A stretch of 64,000 bases of DNA. Source: Sulfolobales archaeon (GTDB taxonomy: Archaea; Thermoproteota; Thermoprotei_A; Sulfolobales; AG1). Location of the stretch: contig JAWBYA010000006.1 in assembly GCA_038867615.1 (NCBI GenBank), forward strand, positions 33,562-97,561, in the 5' to 3' direction. Positions 40,651 through 50,939 of this stretch are shown piece after piece (the stretch's first letter is position 1; each line of letters opens with the position of its first letter). The notes under the pieces are model-generated. The model ran no database searches, was not told where the DNA came from, and saw only the letters and a list, made by a program, of their open reading frames with translations. A program made the position numbers and the translations under genes.

Positions 40651-41589
40651 TCAAGCTGTTCTCTGAACACTCATAGCCTCTACCAGCTGTTTCCTAAGGG
40701 TTAGCAGTCTCTTAAGGGCTTCTGACTTAACCCTCCTCCAATCCTCGCCGTTAGGGACGCCTAGCTTTACAATAACTATTACGTGTTCCTTATCAGACTG
40801 CTCGTTTAGATACGGGCCCGATACTATCTCAAAGCCTTGTAGAGCACTCCTAACCCTGTCCTCGATCTCGGCTGGGTTTATTGATTGTAATGGTAACTCC
40901 ACCCTCACATTGATCGTCTCTTTTTTAGAGAACTCTGGAGTGTAATCAACGATCGCTGAGCTCATGAGCATCATGTTAGGTATCTTGAGCTCTCTACCCT
41001 CATCAGTAACCATCTTGGCGTAGAAGAAGTTCATATCCACAATAACTCCCTTAAAGCCTGTCTCTACAAAATCCACGGAGAAGAACTTATATGCTGGGAG
41101 AACAGGCACTACGTAGGGTATGCTGGTGCTCAGGATCCTTACTCTACTCCCTATCTCAACCATCCTTGTGCTCATTATAAGGATCCCTGCGAAGAAGTTG
41201 CTAAGCACGGGCTGGAGAGCTATACCGAGTACAAGCCCTGTGACAACACCTCCGGCGAGGAGCCCCGATAGATCGGCTCCTGCCATGGCGACTACGGCTA
41301 ATACCGCTATGAGATAACCACTAATCTTGATCAAAGTAGCTATCTGGTAAGCCTTAGCACCTACTAGCTGTGAGAGTCTAACCCTTATAGTAGATGCTAT
41401 AGCATATGTTATCCATATAATACCCAGAGCGGTTGCTACCGCCCTTATAGCATAGTAGACATTAGGCGGGATCTCGGTGGAGGGGAAAACCCTGGATATT
41501 ATTTCATGCATGTTGAAGGCTATTGCTATTATTATAGCTACTGCTATAGTTACATATATGATCCTCTTCAACAGAGCACCACCTAGCAA
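40651..41589 (-). CDS. Small-conductance mechanosensitive channel family protein
   Basis: LGIALQPVLSNFFAG, IGSRV and IPN motifs of the MscS family. Confidence 0.88.
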   Translation of the reverse strand: MLGGALLKRIIYVTIAVAIIIAIAFNMHEIISRVFPSTEIPPNVYYAIRAVATALGIIWITYAIASTIRVRLSQLVGAKAYQIATLIKISGYLIAVLAVVAMAGADLSGLLAGGVVTGLVLGIALQPVLSNFFAGILIMSTRMVEIGSRVRILSTSIPYVVPVLPAYKFFSVDFVETGFKGVIVDMNFFYAKMVTDEGRELKIPNMMLMSSAIVDYTPEFSKKETINVRVELPLQSINPAEIEDRVRSALQGFEIVSGPYLNEQSDKEHVIVIVKLGVPNGEDWRRVKSEALKRLLTLRKQLVEAMSVQRTA

Positions 41590-41674
41590 TAGATGTATAG
41601 AAGGTTTTTAAACGTGCCATTAAGTAGAAGGATCTATATTCTAAGGGATAATCGCCCGCTAGCACATAGCTCTT

Positions 41675-42688
41675 ATGGGGATTATGGTAAAGATCCTTGG
41701 GATCGAGTCGACCGCACACACAATAGGAGTAGGGATCGCTATCGACGAGAAACCATATATAATTGCCAACGAGAGAGCATCCTACATCCCCGAGAAAGGA
41801 GGGATCCATCCGAGGGAGTCATCGAGATTCCTAGCCGAGAAAGCCCCCGAGGTTCTCGCAAGAGCCCTTAGAGCCGCATCAACATCGATCGATGATATGG
41901 ATGGGATAGCAATAGCCCTCGGACCGGGGTTGGGTCCAAGCCTGAGGGTTGGTGCAACAATAGCTAGAGCACTAGCCCTGCGCTATAAGAAACCCCTGAT
42001 CCCCGTAAACCACGGCGTAGCCCACATAGAGATCGGGCTTATAACGACAGGGGCTAGGGATCCCGTTGTAGTCTACCTCTCAGGAGGGAACACAGCTGTT
42101 ATAGCCCACCATAGCGGTAGGTATAGGGTTTTTGGAGAGACCCTCGATATAGCTTTGGGTAACCTTCTAGACACATTTGCAAGAGAGGCTGGTCTGGGTC
42201 CCCCGTATGTTGTTAACGGGCTCCACGTAGTTGATCGATGTGCTGAGGGGGGCTCGAAATTCATAGAAGATATGCCCTACGTAGTTAAGGGCCAGGATCT
42301 ATCGTTCGCAGGATTGCTCACAGCATCGCTAAGGGCTATCAAGAGGGGTGCAAGGCTTGGGGATATATGCCTAACCCTTAGAGAGATAGCCTACTCAATG
42401 GTGGTTGAGGTTACGGAGAGATGTGTATCCCATACGAGGAAGAGAGAGATCCTTGTTGTTGGTGGTGTTGCGGCAAGCCCCTATCTGAGGGATAAGATGG
42501 GGTGGGCTGCGAAACACCATAGGGCGGATCTCTATATAGTCCCCCCGGAATATGCTGGGGATAACGGGGCTATGATAGCATGGACAGGGCTATTGGCATA
42601 TAAACACGGTGTCTCGATACCGGTTGGGGAGAGCTATATAAAGCCTAGATGGAGGGTTGATGAGGTAGATACTCCTTGGAGGATCTAG
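41675..42688 (+). CDS. kae1: KEOPS t6A transferase Kae1
   Basis: GIESTAHT, VNHGVAHIE, SGGNT, GETLDIA and DNGAMIA. Confidence 0.96.
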   Translation: MGIMVKILGIESTAHTIGVGIAIDEKPYIIANERASYIPEKGGIHPRESSRFLAEKAPEVLARALRAASTSIDDMDGIAIALGPGLGPSLRVGATIARALALRYKKPLIPVNHGVAHIEIGLITTGARDPVVVYLSGGNTAVIAHHSGRYRVFGETLDIALGNLLDTFAREAGLGPPYVVNGLHVVDRCAEGGSKFIEDMPYVVKGQDLSFAGLLTASLRAIKRGARLGDICLTLREIAYSMVVEVTERCVSHTRKREILVVGGVAASPYLRDKMGWAAKHHRADLYIVPPEYAGDNGAMIAWTGLLAYKHGVSIPVGESYIKPRWRVDEVDTPWRI

Positions 42689-43347
42689 TAGAGATCCACA
42701 GAGGAGCGGAGGCTATAATATATATGGGGAGCTATCTAGGGATCAGGGCTATATATAAGTATAGACCCTCGAAGCAATACAGACCAGAGATCCTTGATAA
42801 ACGGATAAGGAGGCTTAGAACGATCAACGAGGCGAGGATAATGACAAGGCTAAGGCTTCTAGGAGCCCCGATCCCGGCTATCCTAGATGTAGATCCCGAC
42901 TCAGCCTTGATAGTTATGGAGTATATCCCTGGAAAGCTCTTGAGAGACACGCTGATCAGCGGGGGATCTTTGGGTCTATGTAGAAGGGCTGGAGAGATCC
43001 TTGGCATCATCCACTCAGGAGGGGTCTATCACGGGGATCCTACGATATCTAACTATATAGTAGATGATAACGGGGATCTCTGGATAATAGATTTCGGCCT
43101 AGCCGACTATACAAACGACCCCGAGGACCTCGCTGTAGATCTACATCTGCTCTATAGATCCATAGAGACACTCCCACTAAAATCCATAGATAAGATAGAG
43201 GAGGAGGTCTATAAAGGCTACGAATCAGTCGTGGGAAGCGAGAGGGGTAGAGAGATCCTGGAGAGGGTGAGGAGCATCAGGCTCAGGGGAAGATATGTAG
43301 CTGAGAGGAGGGCTAAAGCAGTATGGCTCACAGACCAGGAAGACTGA
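42676..43347 (+). CDS. bud32: KEOPS kinase Bud32
   Basis: RGAEA, HGDPTISN, IDFGL and RGRYV; overlaps kae1. Confidence 0.94.
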   Translation: MEDLVEIHRGAEAIIYMGSYLGIRAIYKYRPSKQYRPEILDKRIRRLRTINEARIMTRLRLLGAPIPAILDVDPDSALIVMEYIPGKLLRDTLISGGSLGLCRRAGEILGIIHSGGVYHGDPTISNYIVDDNGDLWIIDFGLADYTNDPEDLAVDLHLLYRSIETLPLKSIDKIEEEVYKGYESVVGSERGREILERVRSIRLRGRYVAERRAKAVWLTDQED

Positions 43348-43931
43348 GGATCCTCTTAGTAACGGGTAATAGGAATAAAGCTAGAGAGATAGAAGAGATC
43401 CTTGCCCAGAGCTTCCCAGGAGCCTTTGAGGTAGAAATAAGCGGTGATATAGAGAAGCTCGAGATACAGTCCGAAGATCTTGCAGAGATAGCCTTAACAG
43501 CGCTGCGAAGCGCTCTCAAGATGATAGATAGAGGCAAGTGGGACTCAGTAGTCGTGGAGGACTCGGGACTATTCATAGAAGCCCTCAAAGGCTTCCCAGG
43601 ACCCTACTCGAGCTATGTGCTTAGAAAGATAGGCTTAGAGGGTATATTAAAGCTCATGGAGGGTGAGAGCAATAGAAGAGCATGCTATAGAGCCGCTGTA
43701 GCCTACACAATAGATAATGAGACGAGAATTGCTGAGGGCGAGGTGTGTGGTGTAATTGCAGAGAAGCCCAGAGGATCCGGGGGTTTTGGGTACGACCCCA
43801 TATTTATCCCAGAGGGGTATGGGGAAACCTTCGCACAGCTTGGAGAGGGTTTAAAGAACAGGATAAGCCATAGGGCGATAGCTATTCGGAAGGCTGCACA
43901 GGATCTCCTGAGCTCTATTAAGAGACACTAA
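43323..43931 (+). CDS. rdgB: Non-canonical purine NTP pyrophosphatase (Ham1 family)
   Basis: TGN..K, EDSGL, FPGPYS, GFGYDPIF and KNRISHR. Confidence 0.95.
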   Translation: MAHRPGRLRILLVTGNRNKAREIEEILAQSFPGAFEVEISGDIEKLEIQSEDLAEIALTALRSALKMIDRGKWDSVVVEDSGLFIEALKGFPGPYSSYVLRKIGLEGILKLMEGESNRRACYRAAVAYTIDNETRIAEGEVCGVIAEKPRGSGGFGYDPIFIPEGYGETFAQLGEGLKNRISHRAIAIRKAAQDLLSSIKRH

Positions 43932-43994
43932 ATAGAGATCGTTTCTAGACCTTGGAAACACATAGCGGGACACGTTATAAGTTATATAAAATGT

Positions 43995-44015
43995 TATATA
44001 CCGCTGTGGTATATA
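43995..44015. promoter_or_regulatory. Perfect inverted repeat upstream of the ZIP transporter
   Basis: TATATACC-gctgt-GGTATATA, just downstream of TTATATAAAA. Confidence 0.5.
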
Positions 44016-44037
44016 CATATATGGTTGTAATTATGGG

Positions 44038-44847
44038 GTGTGTCTTATGAACTGGCAGCCCAACATTTTACCCCTCGTTTTTGGACTTATAGCGGGTTTA
44101 ACAGTATATATCGGTGCTATAACCCTCTACAGGGCTAGAAAAACACTATCAACCAGAGGAATAGGTTTTCTCCAAGCCCTTGCAGGCGGTATACTGGGCT
44201 ACCTAGCATTAGAGACAGGACACGCAGCTTCAGAATATATCGAGGAGCTGGCTAAACCAGCAACATTCGTGGAATTCATAGTAGCCTCTGTGGTAACGAC
44301 GATAGCTTTTCTAGCAACCTATCTATCCCTGGCAAGTGTTGAGAATAACATGAAGAGGGGTAAAACACCCTCCCTAGGGATCTATACGGGGTATGTTGTC
44401 GCACTAGCCCTCGGGATCCATAATGTTGGCGAGGGGTTCGCAATAGCAGCCTCACTACTAGCAGGAGCCCTAGCCTCAGCAATACTATTCACCATAGGGT
44501 TCGCGATACACAACGCTACCGAGGGATTCGCAATAGTAGGACCCCTGCTAGGCGAGGCGAGACAGCAAGTAGACCACACAGCCCTCTTAGGCTTATCAAT
44601 GCTAGCAGGACTCCCCACAGTCCTTGGATCCGCTGTTTTCTACACAGGCATAGGCTCTGAACTCTTCCTAGCCACTCTAAATACCATTGCGACAGCCTCT
44701 ATAGTCTATGCAATGCTCCACGTAAACCTCTCAGCCCTGGGCAGGCTGGGCGGTGTCTCGAGCCCCCTATTCTGGACAGCAATAACCCTAGGCGTTGTGG
44801 TAGCCTTCTCAACCGAGTCAGTAGCCCTCTTTGCACTTACTGGATAA
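44038..44847 (+). CDS. ZIP family divalent metal transporter
   Basis: IHNVGEG and IHNATEG motifs. Confidence 0.88.
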   Translation: MCLMNWQPNILPLVFGLIAGLTVYIGAITLYRARKTLSTRGIGFLQALAGGILGYLALETGHAASEYIEELAKPATFVEFIVASVVTTIAFLATYLSLASVENNMKRGKTPSLGIYTGYVVALALGIHNVGEGFAIAASLLAGALASAILFTIGFAIHNATEGFAIVGPLLGEARQQVDHTALLGLSMLAGLPTVLGSAVFYTGIGSELFLATLNTIATASIVYAMLHVNLSALGRLGGVSSPLFWTAITLGVVVAFSTESVALFALTG

Positions 44848-44859
44848 CAATAGCCCGGG

Positions 44860-45792
44860 CTAGCTACTACCTAGTTTTTTAAGAACCTCCTCAAGCCTTG
44901 GGAGCCCTTCTTGAGCACCCCTCCTAGAGATCTTTATCGATGCACATATAGAGCCAAGCCTGACAGAATCTACTATAGACATGCCAGAGGCTACGCCGTA
45001 GGAGTAGCATGCTGTGAAAGCATCCCCAGCACCTGTTGTATCAACAACCCTCTCGGGCTTCGCAGCGGGGATCATCGAGACTCGATCCATACCCCTGCTA
45101 TAGAGGGCAGCACCATGTTCCCCCAGCGTTATCACGACGTTTTCAACGCCCATCCTAACAAGCTCTCTCGCCGCATCCTCGATCTCTTCCTCCAGCTGTC
45201 CTCTAGGCTCTCTCCCAAGGATCCTGAAGATCTCTGTCCTGTTAGGTATGATCGTGTGGGTTCTTTTCAAAACATCCTCAGGGATCTTCTTAGCAGGCGC
45301 CGGGGTCAGGATAAACTTGGCACCAAGCTCCTCGGAAACCCTGGAGACCCTCTCAACAGTCTCCATCGGGATCTCTAGCTGTGCGAGTACAGCGTCAACC
45401 TTACCAATAGATCTCAGAGACTCCTCAGCCTCTATAGGGCTTAGAAGCTTGTTAGCCCCGGGAGCCACAGAGATCATTGTATTCCCTTCCCTATTGACTA
45501 GTATGAAAGCAGTACCAGTATGGATCGCCCTCTCCCTCCTAACATGATCCACATTAACACCGTTCCTCCTGAGATTCTCTATAGCCATATCCCCAAGACT
45601 ATCCATCCCAACCTTGCCGACCATATATACCTTACAGCCAAGCCTAGAGAGCCCTACAGCCTGGTTAGCACCCTTACCCCCAAAATGGATCTCATACACA
45701 CCATCACTAACAGTCTCATCAACCCTCGGAAACCTCTCCAAATAGATCACAAAATCAACATTGATACTACCAACAACAGCAACTACAGCCAT
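44860..45792 (-). CDS. rbsK: Ribokinase
   Basis: GSINVD, GGKGANQA, QLEIP and DTTGAGD. Confidence 0.9.
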   Translation of the reverse strand: MAVVAVVGSINVDFVIYLERFPRVDETVSDGVYEIHFGGKGANQAVGLSRLGCKVYMVGKVGMDSLGDMAIENLRRNGVNVDHVRRERAIHTGTAFILVNREGNTMISVAPGANKLLSPIEAEESLRSIGKVDAVLAQLEIPMETVERVSRVSEELGAKFILTPAPAKKIPEDVLKRTHTIIPNRTEIFRILGREPRGQLEEEIEDAARELVRMGVENVVITLGEHGAALYSRGMDRVSMIPAAKPERVVDTTGAGDAFTACYSYGVASGMSIVDSVRLGSICASIKISRRGAQEGLPRLEEVLKKLGSS

Positions 45793-45894
45793 AGTATCAC
45801 TACTACCACATGTTTCAAGAAGCAGGGATATTTAAAATAAGATAATGGTATTGACAGGGCTTTTCGAAACCATTTCTCGTAGCTCTTATCTATG

Positions 45895-46025
45895 CCGTAG
45901 CCAGCCGTTCCGGGTTTCATGATAATTTATAAGAACTGACATTAAACCCGTAGTTCTGCAATAATGGAACATAGTATAAGCCCTGCTATTCTATTAGGAA
46001 TCAATAGCTATGAAACCCAAACCCC
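45895..46025 (+). mobile_element. IS607-like MITE, copy C, 131 bp (ends only)
   Basis: CCGTAGCCAGCCGTTCCGGGTTTCATGA ... GCTATGAAACCCAAACCCC. The central structured part is missing, and the last C is the G of the glgP TAG stop. Confidence 0.85.
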
Positions 46026-47548
46026 TATGAGAGGTATCTATACTCTCTAAACATTCTCACCGAGTTTGACGAGATTGTGAAGCTTTTGAGAGCGTTTATC
46101 GAGACCTCTAGATAAGCCTCGGGATCTTTATCGATGAGCTCCAGGATCTTGAGGAACTTAGCCCTGAGATCCCGGTAGTCCTCCTCATCAACCGCAGAGA
46201 CTCTTGCTGTGTTTTCATATATATTTATGAAGTCAACGAGCTCTAAGCCGAAGAACCAGCCGTTGAAGCCATCTATTATTGTCTCGAGAGTCCCGCCGTC
46301 TCTCGATGAGAGTGTTGGGACGCCGTTGATTCCTGCTTTCATATAGCTGGTTCCACATGCCTCCCAGCCTGAGAATGGTGTGAAGAGCAATAGATCTGAG
46401 CCGCTGAGTATGGCTCTAGCGATATCAAGGCTATAGTCATGTATATATACAACATTATCAAACTGCTCGTGGAGTTTTCTAAACCTAGCCATATACTCTC
46501 TACCCTCATGATCCTTTGGATGGGCTTTGCCGGCTAGAATAAATGTTGCGTTAACCTCCCTTCCAAGGTCTCTGATAAGCCTCTCAATAAGATATGGTCT
46601 CTTATACTTGGTGAGCCTTCTAGCCCACGCTATGATCGGGCCTTCTACCCTGACATCGGGTTTGCGGGATCTTATGAGGGATACTAGATCCTCCCTAGCC
46701 CTCCTCCTAGCAGGGGCTAGATCCTCTGGAGAGATCCTGCCAAGACCCTTGGAAGATACTAAGCCCTTTATAGCGCCGTGAACCCACCTCTCAAGATCAA
46801 CACCGTTCCTCACATAAGCTATCCTGTCAACAAACCGTGGGAATATTCTATGGAGCATCTCCCAATGCTTCCTAGAAACACCGAACCCCACTGGCACCTC
46901 TCTGAGCACTACATCCGTGATCCTCACAAGACCCGGGCTGGTGTCCACACCATACTCCCTCTCCAAAACCTCGTCAGGGATCATTGGATGCCCCCACGGG
47001 CCTGGTGTGTGGATCACCAGCCTGACCACTCCCTTAAGATCCTTGAGCTCTAGGGCTGCGAGCGATGCTATGCTCTCCTGAAGATCTATATATTTGATCC
47101 TCTCGAAACCGATCCTCTCCCTCATATACTGCGCAGATGATCTGGCGAAAACGATGTATTTAGCTATAGCCTGCTCAGGCGTCTCCTCGACATATAGCCT
47201 GCTAGCGATCCTAGATATATGCTCGGGATACTCTGGCTTGAGATATATAGCCCTTGCACTCCCCTTCTTAAACACAAGCGGCGCCACAAGGATCTCGCCA
47301 TATACCTTGCTGCTCACCACAAGCTCCTTCTCCCTCTCGAGGACGCTCTCGGCCTTCCTGATAATATCCTCCTGACCTCTTTCTATAAAAACACCATCCT
47401 TGTAATCGTAATCAACATACCCATTTCTATGGAACATTGTCATGGCATAGTACTCGATATCCAGCCTGGATGCTGTGTAGAACTTATCCCCCTCGAGAAC
47501 CCCGAGACCCCCGGCATATATCGGGATCTCGTCGAGCGCTATCTCCAT
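46025..47548 (-). CDS. glgP: Alpha-glucan (glycogen/maltodextrin) phosphorylase, short archaeal type
   Basis: YAGGLGVL, ARRLTKYKR, AGKAHP and the PLP motif EACGTSYMKA. Confidence 0.88.
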   Translation of the reverse strand: MEIALDEIPIYAGGLGVLEGDKFYTASRLDIEYYAMTMFHRNGYVDYDYKDGVFIERGQEDIIRKAESVLEREKELVVSSKVYGEILVAPLVFKKGSARAIYLKPEYPEHISRIASRLYVEETPEQAIAKYIVFARSSAQYMRERIGFERIKYIDLQESIASLAALELKDLKGVVRLVIHTPGPWGHPMIPDEVLEREYGVDTSPGLVRITDVVLREVPVGFGVSRKHWEMLHRIFPRFVDRIAYVRNGVDLERWVHGAIKGLVSSKGLGRISPEDLAPARRRAREDLVSLIRSRKPDVRVEGPIIAWARRLTKYKRPYLIERLIRDLGREVNATFILAGKAHPKDHEGREYMARFRKLHEQFDNVVYIHDYSLDIARAILSGSDLLLFTPFSGWEACGTSYMKAGINGVPTLSSRDGGTLETIIDGFNGWFFGLELVDFINIYENTARVSAVDEEDYRDLRAKFLKILELIDKDPEAYLEVSINALKSFTISSNSVRMFREYRYLS

Positions 47549-47687
47549 CGTAAGGCTTACTATGGCTATTTTTTACCACCACAGAGTATCTCTATGCTAC
47601 GCTGGTTTAAGGCTTGACGGTCGAGATCCATGGATCGTGATCCCGGACTATATATTCCCAGCCGTAGATAATATAGGAGGGGAGAGG

Positions 47688-49271
47688 TTGAGCTCTAAGA
47701 TCACATATGTAACACTAATAGCAGATGAAACGATACACCCAAAATACGAGGAAGCCCTAGCCCGTGTCGAGAAGGATCTTCTTGGTAAGAGATACCCCAT
47801 GTATATAGGTGGAAGGGAGATCTATAGCGAGAGAGGAGAGTTTGAGAAGAGAAGCCCCATAGATATAGATATAGTTGTGGGGAGGTTTCAAAAAGGATCC
47901 AGAGACCATGCTTTAGAGGCGATCAAGAACGCCCACGAGGCTTTTAAAGAGTGGGGCGAGAGCGATTGGAAGGAGAGAGTAAGGATCTTTAGAAAGATCG
48001 CTGACCTTCTGGAGAGAAGAGCATTCGACCTAGCCGCAGCAATAACCTATGAGGTCGGCAAGAACAGGCTTGAGGCCATAGCAGAGGTTTACGAGGCTAT
48101 AGATGCTATTAGATACTACACAGACCTCATGGAGAGGGAGAATGGGTATGTGAGGAGAATGATGCCAGGAGCACCTGGGGAGGAGACGTGGAGCATCCCT
48201 AGACCCTACGGGGTCTGGGTTGTTATATCTCCATTCAACTTCCCACTAATGCTTGCCAACGGGATGATGCTGGGAGCACTGCTAACAGGAAACACCGTTG
48301 TGTGGAAACCAACGAGCGAGGCCCCATTAACAGCAACCCTTCTACATAGCATCTATATAGACGGCGGCATCCCGCCAGGTGTTCTTAACCTCGTCACAGG
48401 ATCTGGGGAGGAGTTTGAGGATGTGTTTGTCTCCAACAAGCTTGTGGGCGGGATAGCCTTCACAGGGTCGAGGGATGTTGGTATGAGGCTCTACAGGAGA
48501 TTCACAACCGAGCAGCCCTACCCCAAGCCTATAGTGCTTGAGATGGGGAGTAAGAACCCAACGATAGTAACATCCAAGGCTGATCTGGACAAGGCTGTCG
48601 AGGGTACTGTGAGGGCCGCGTTTGGCTATGGAGGGCAGAAGTGCAGCGCGACATCGAGGCTCTATGTTGAGAAAAGCATCAAGGATGAGTTCGTGTCAAG
48701 GCTTGTTGAGAGGGTTAAGAGGATCGTTGTAGGCGATCCTAGAAAGAGAGAGGTCTTCCTAGGACCCGTTATAAATAGAAGGGCTCTTGAGAGCTTCAAG
48801 AGATATGTGGAAGATGCTGTAGCCTCTGGGGGTAGGATCCTGGTTGGAGGCAAGGTCCTCCAAGGAGGGATCTTCTCTAAAGGCTTCTATGTCGAGCCAA
48901 CGGTCATAGAAGGGGTTCCAGAGGATCACTATCTATGGAGGCAGGAGCTCTTCCTACCAATACTCCTGGTAAGCGAGTTCAGAACACTTGAAGAGGCTCT
49001 AGAGAAGGCTAACAATACCGAGTACGGGTTAACAGCAGGGATCTTTAGCGAGGATGAGAACGAGATCCAGTATTTCTTCAGCAAGATAGAGTTCGGCGTA
49101 ACCTATGCCAACAGGAGAGGAGGATCCACTACAGGAGCATGGCCAGGAGCCCAAACCTTTGTCGGTTGGAAAGCCAGTGGTGCAACTGGAAGGGGTGTTG
49201 GTGGTCCCTACTATCTGCTCAACTACTTCAGAGAACAGGCTAGAACAATAGTTAGAGAGACCAAGGGCTAG
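47688..49271 (+). CDS. Aldehyde dehydrogenase, P5C dehydrogenase-like
   Basis: SPFNFP, FTGS, LEMGSKN, GQKCSA and ELFLP. Start moved to TTG 47688 after a GGAGG-rich SD. Confidence 0.9.
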   Translation: MSSKITYVTLIADETIHPKYEEALARVEKDLLGKRYPMYIGGREIYSERGEFEKRSPIDIDIVVGRFQKGSRDHALEAIKNAHEAFKEWGESDWKERVRIFRKIADLLERRAFDLAAAITYEVGKNRLEAIAEVYEAIDAIRYYTDLMERENGYVRRMMPGAPGEETWSIPRPYGVWVVISPFNFPLMLANGMMLGALLTGNTVVWKPTSEAPLTATLLHSIYIDGGIPPGVLNLVTGSGEEFEDVFVSNKLVGGIAFTGSRDVGMRLYRRFTTEQPYPKPIVLEMGSKNPTIVTSKADLDKAVEGTVRAAFGYGGQKCSATSRLYVEKSIKDEFVSRLVERVKRIVVGDPRKREVFLGPVINRRALESFKRYVEDAVASGGRILVGGKVLQGGIFSKGFYVEPTVIEGVPEDHYLWRQELFLPILLVSEFRTLEEALEKANNTEYGLTAGIFSEDENEIQYFFSKIEFGVTYANRRGGSTTGAWPGAQTFVGWKASGATGRGVGGPYYLLNYFREQARTIVRETKG

Positions 49272-49296
49272 GGGTTAGGGCTTCACAGCTTTTGAT
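49271..49296 (-). mobile_element. Right-end remnant of the same MITE family (copy E)
   Basis: GGGGTTAGGGCTTCACAGCTTTTGAT matches the reverse complement of the copy D right end at 22/26 nt and starts on the G of the ALDH TAG stop. Confidence 0.6.
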
Positions 49297-49420
49297 CCCT
49301 CTATCCTCAGAGACCTTTTATCGAGCGTCTCATTAGCAATAGATCGTTTGGATCTCGTTTTAGGCATCCTGGTAAGCGATATATTCCTCTATAGGTACTA
49401 TATTACGGTGATCCTGGGAG

Positions 49421-50551
49421 CTGTCTGTAGGTGGGAGTTATAGGAAGGTTCTCCTGGCACTGAAGAAGGAGGATAAGAGATACCTAGGTGAGGCTCTATC
49501 CCTCCTAGCAACCCTGGGGATCGATGGTGTCGATACTATCTATGTTAAGAAGCCTAACCATAGGTATTATATACAGCAGAACCTTGTCGAGAAAATGGCT
49601 AGCGATGGCGATAAACCGGATCTAGTTGTGGTATATGATAAGCTGAAGCCGTGGCAGAGCTACAACCTAGCGAAGGATCTTGGGTGCGAGGTCTGGGATC
49701 TTGTAACACTCCTCCTAAAGATCTTCGAGATCCATGCTGGAACCAGGGAGGCTAAGCTCCAGATAGAGCTCACAGAGACGAGGCACAAGATACCCCTTGT
49801 TAAGGAGTATGTGAGAATGGCTAAGCTGGGGGAACAGGTTGGCTTCATGGGCCCGGGTGCGTATGGGTATGAGAGTCTCCTGAGATCCCTTAAGAGGAAG
49901 GAGGTTAGGATCAGCAGGGAGCTTGACGAGATAAAGAGGCGTAGAGAGAGGCTCGTGGTCTCGAGGAATAGGAGGGGCTATCCCCACATAGCGATCATAG
50001 GCTATACATGTGCGGGGAAAACAACCCTCTATAACACTCTAACAGGTGATGATAAGCCCACGGGTCCCCAGCCATTCAAAACCCTCATGCCTAAGAGCAG
50101 GGCTGGTGAAACACCCTGTGGGAGGATCATTTTCACAGACACCATAGGGTTTGTTAGGAAAATGCCCAGCGAGATTGTTGAGGTTTTCCACGCAGTGATC
50201 TCAGAGATCACAGCCGCCGACGGCCTTGTCTTCGTTATAGACGCCCTCGACCCGCCTGAGGAGGTTGTTGAGAAGGTTGAGGCCGCCCTAGAGATCCTCG
50301 AGAAGATCAACGCTAGGGATAAGCCCATGGTTGTAGCCCTCAACAAGATCGATGCTGCCAAGGGGGTTGAGGTTGAATGGCTTGCAGGGCTTGTGAGGGG
50401 GGTTATGGAGGCTAGGGGTTTTAGGCCGGGCTTTTTCAAGGCTATCTCGGCTTCCAAGAGGATCAATATAGATGATCTCTTAATAGCGGTTTGCTCCAGC
50501 ATAGGTATAAGCGATATATATGCCTCTACGAGGTTCCACGATCAAGTTTAA
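49421..50551 (+). CDS. hflX: GTPase HflX
   Basis: HAGTREAKLQIEL, GYTCAGKTT, DTIGF, NKID and ISA. The N-domain continues upstream in frame to CTG 49421. Confidence 0.9.
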   Translation: MSVGGSYRKVLLALKKEDKRYLGEALSLLATLGIDGVDTIYVKKPNHRYYIQQNLVEKMASDGDKPDLVVVYDKLKPWQSYNLAKDLGCEVWDLVTLLLKIFEIHAGTREAKLQIELTETRHKIPLVKEYVRMAKLGEQVGFMGPGAYGYESLLRSLKRKEVRISRELDEIKRRRERLVVSRNRRGYPHIAIIGYTCAGKTTLYNTLTGDDKPTGPQPFKTLMPKSRAGETPCGRIIFTDTIGFVRKMPSEIVEVFHAVISEITAADGLVFVIDALDPPEEVVEKVEAALEILEKINARDKPMVVALNKIDAAKGVEVEWLAGLVRGVMEARGFRPGFFKAISASKRINIDDLLIAVCSSIGISDIYASTRFHDQV

Positions 50552-50615
50552 AAAGGAATCCCACAGATCCTGGGGCATATTGAATATATAAGGCGGTATA
50601 TACATATGTTAGCCG

Positions 50616-50888
50616 GTGGGTTGGGTGGCGGAGGCATTCATATTGATAAACACGGAAATAGGTGGAGAGAACGAGGTTCTCAAAGCCCTTATGAATATAG
50701 AGGGTGTTGAGGAGGCATACGTCGTATATGGTGTATATGATATTGTTGCCAAGATAACAGCCCCCGATATAGAGACTCTGAAAAAGATCGTGTCAACAAA
50801 TATTAGGAAGATGCCTAAGGTAAAGTCAACACTCACAATGATGGTTGTTGAGGGTAGAAGGATCAATGTGACAGAGCCTGCTAAATAG
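50616..50888 (+). CDS. Lrp/AsnC ligand-binding-domain-only protein
   Basis: AFILIN...VYGVYDIVAK...IRKMPKVKSTLTM. Confidence 0.9.
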   Translation: MGWVAEAFILINTEIGGENEVLKALMNIEGVEEAYVVYGVYDIVAKITAPDIETLKKIVSTNIRKMPKVKSTLTMMVVEGRRINVTEPAK

Positions 50889-50939
50889 ATCCAAGCATCT
50901 ATATAAACCCTCCTAGGCATGATTTATTGAGGTGCTTGG

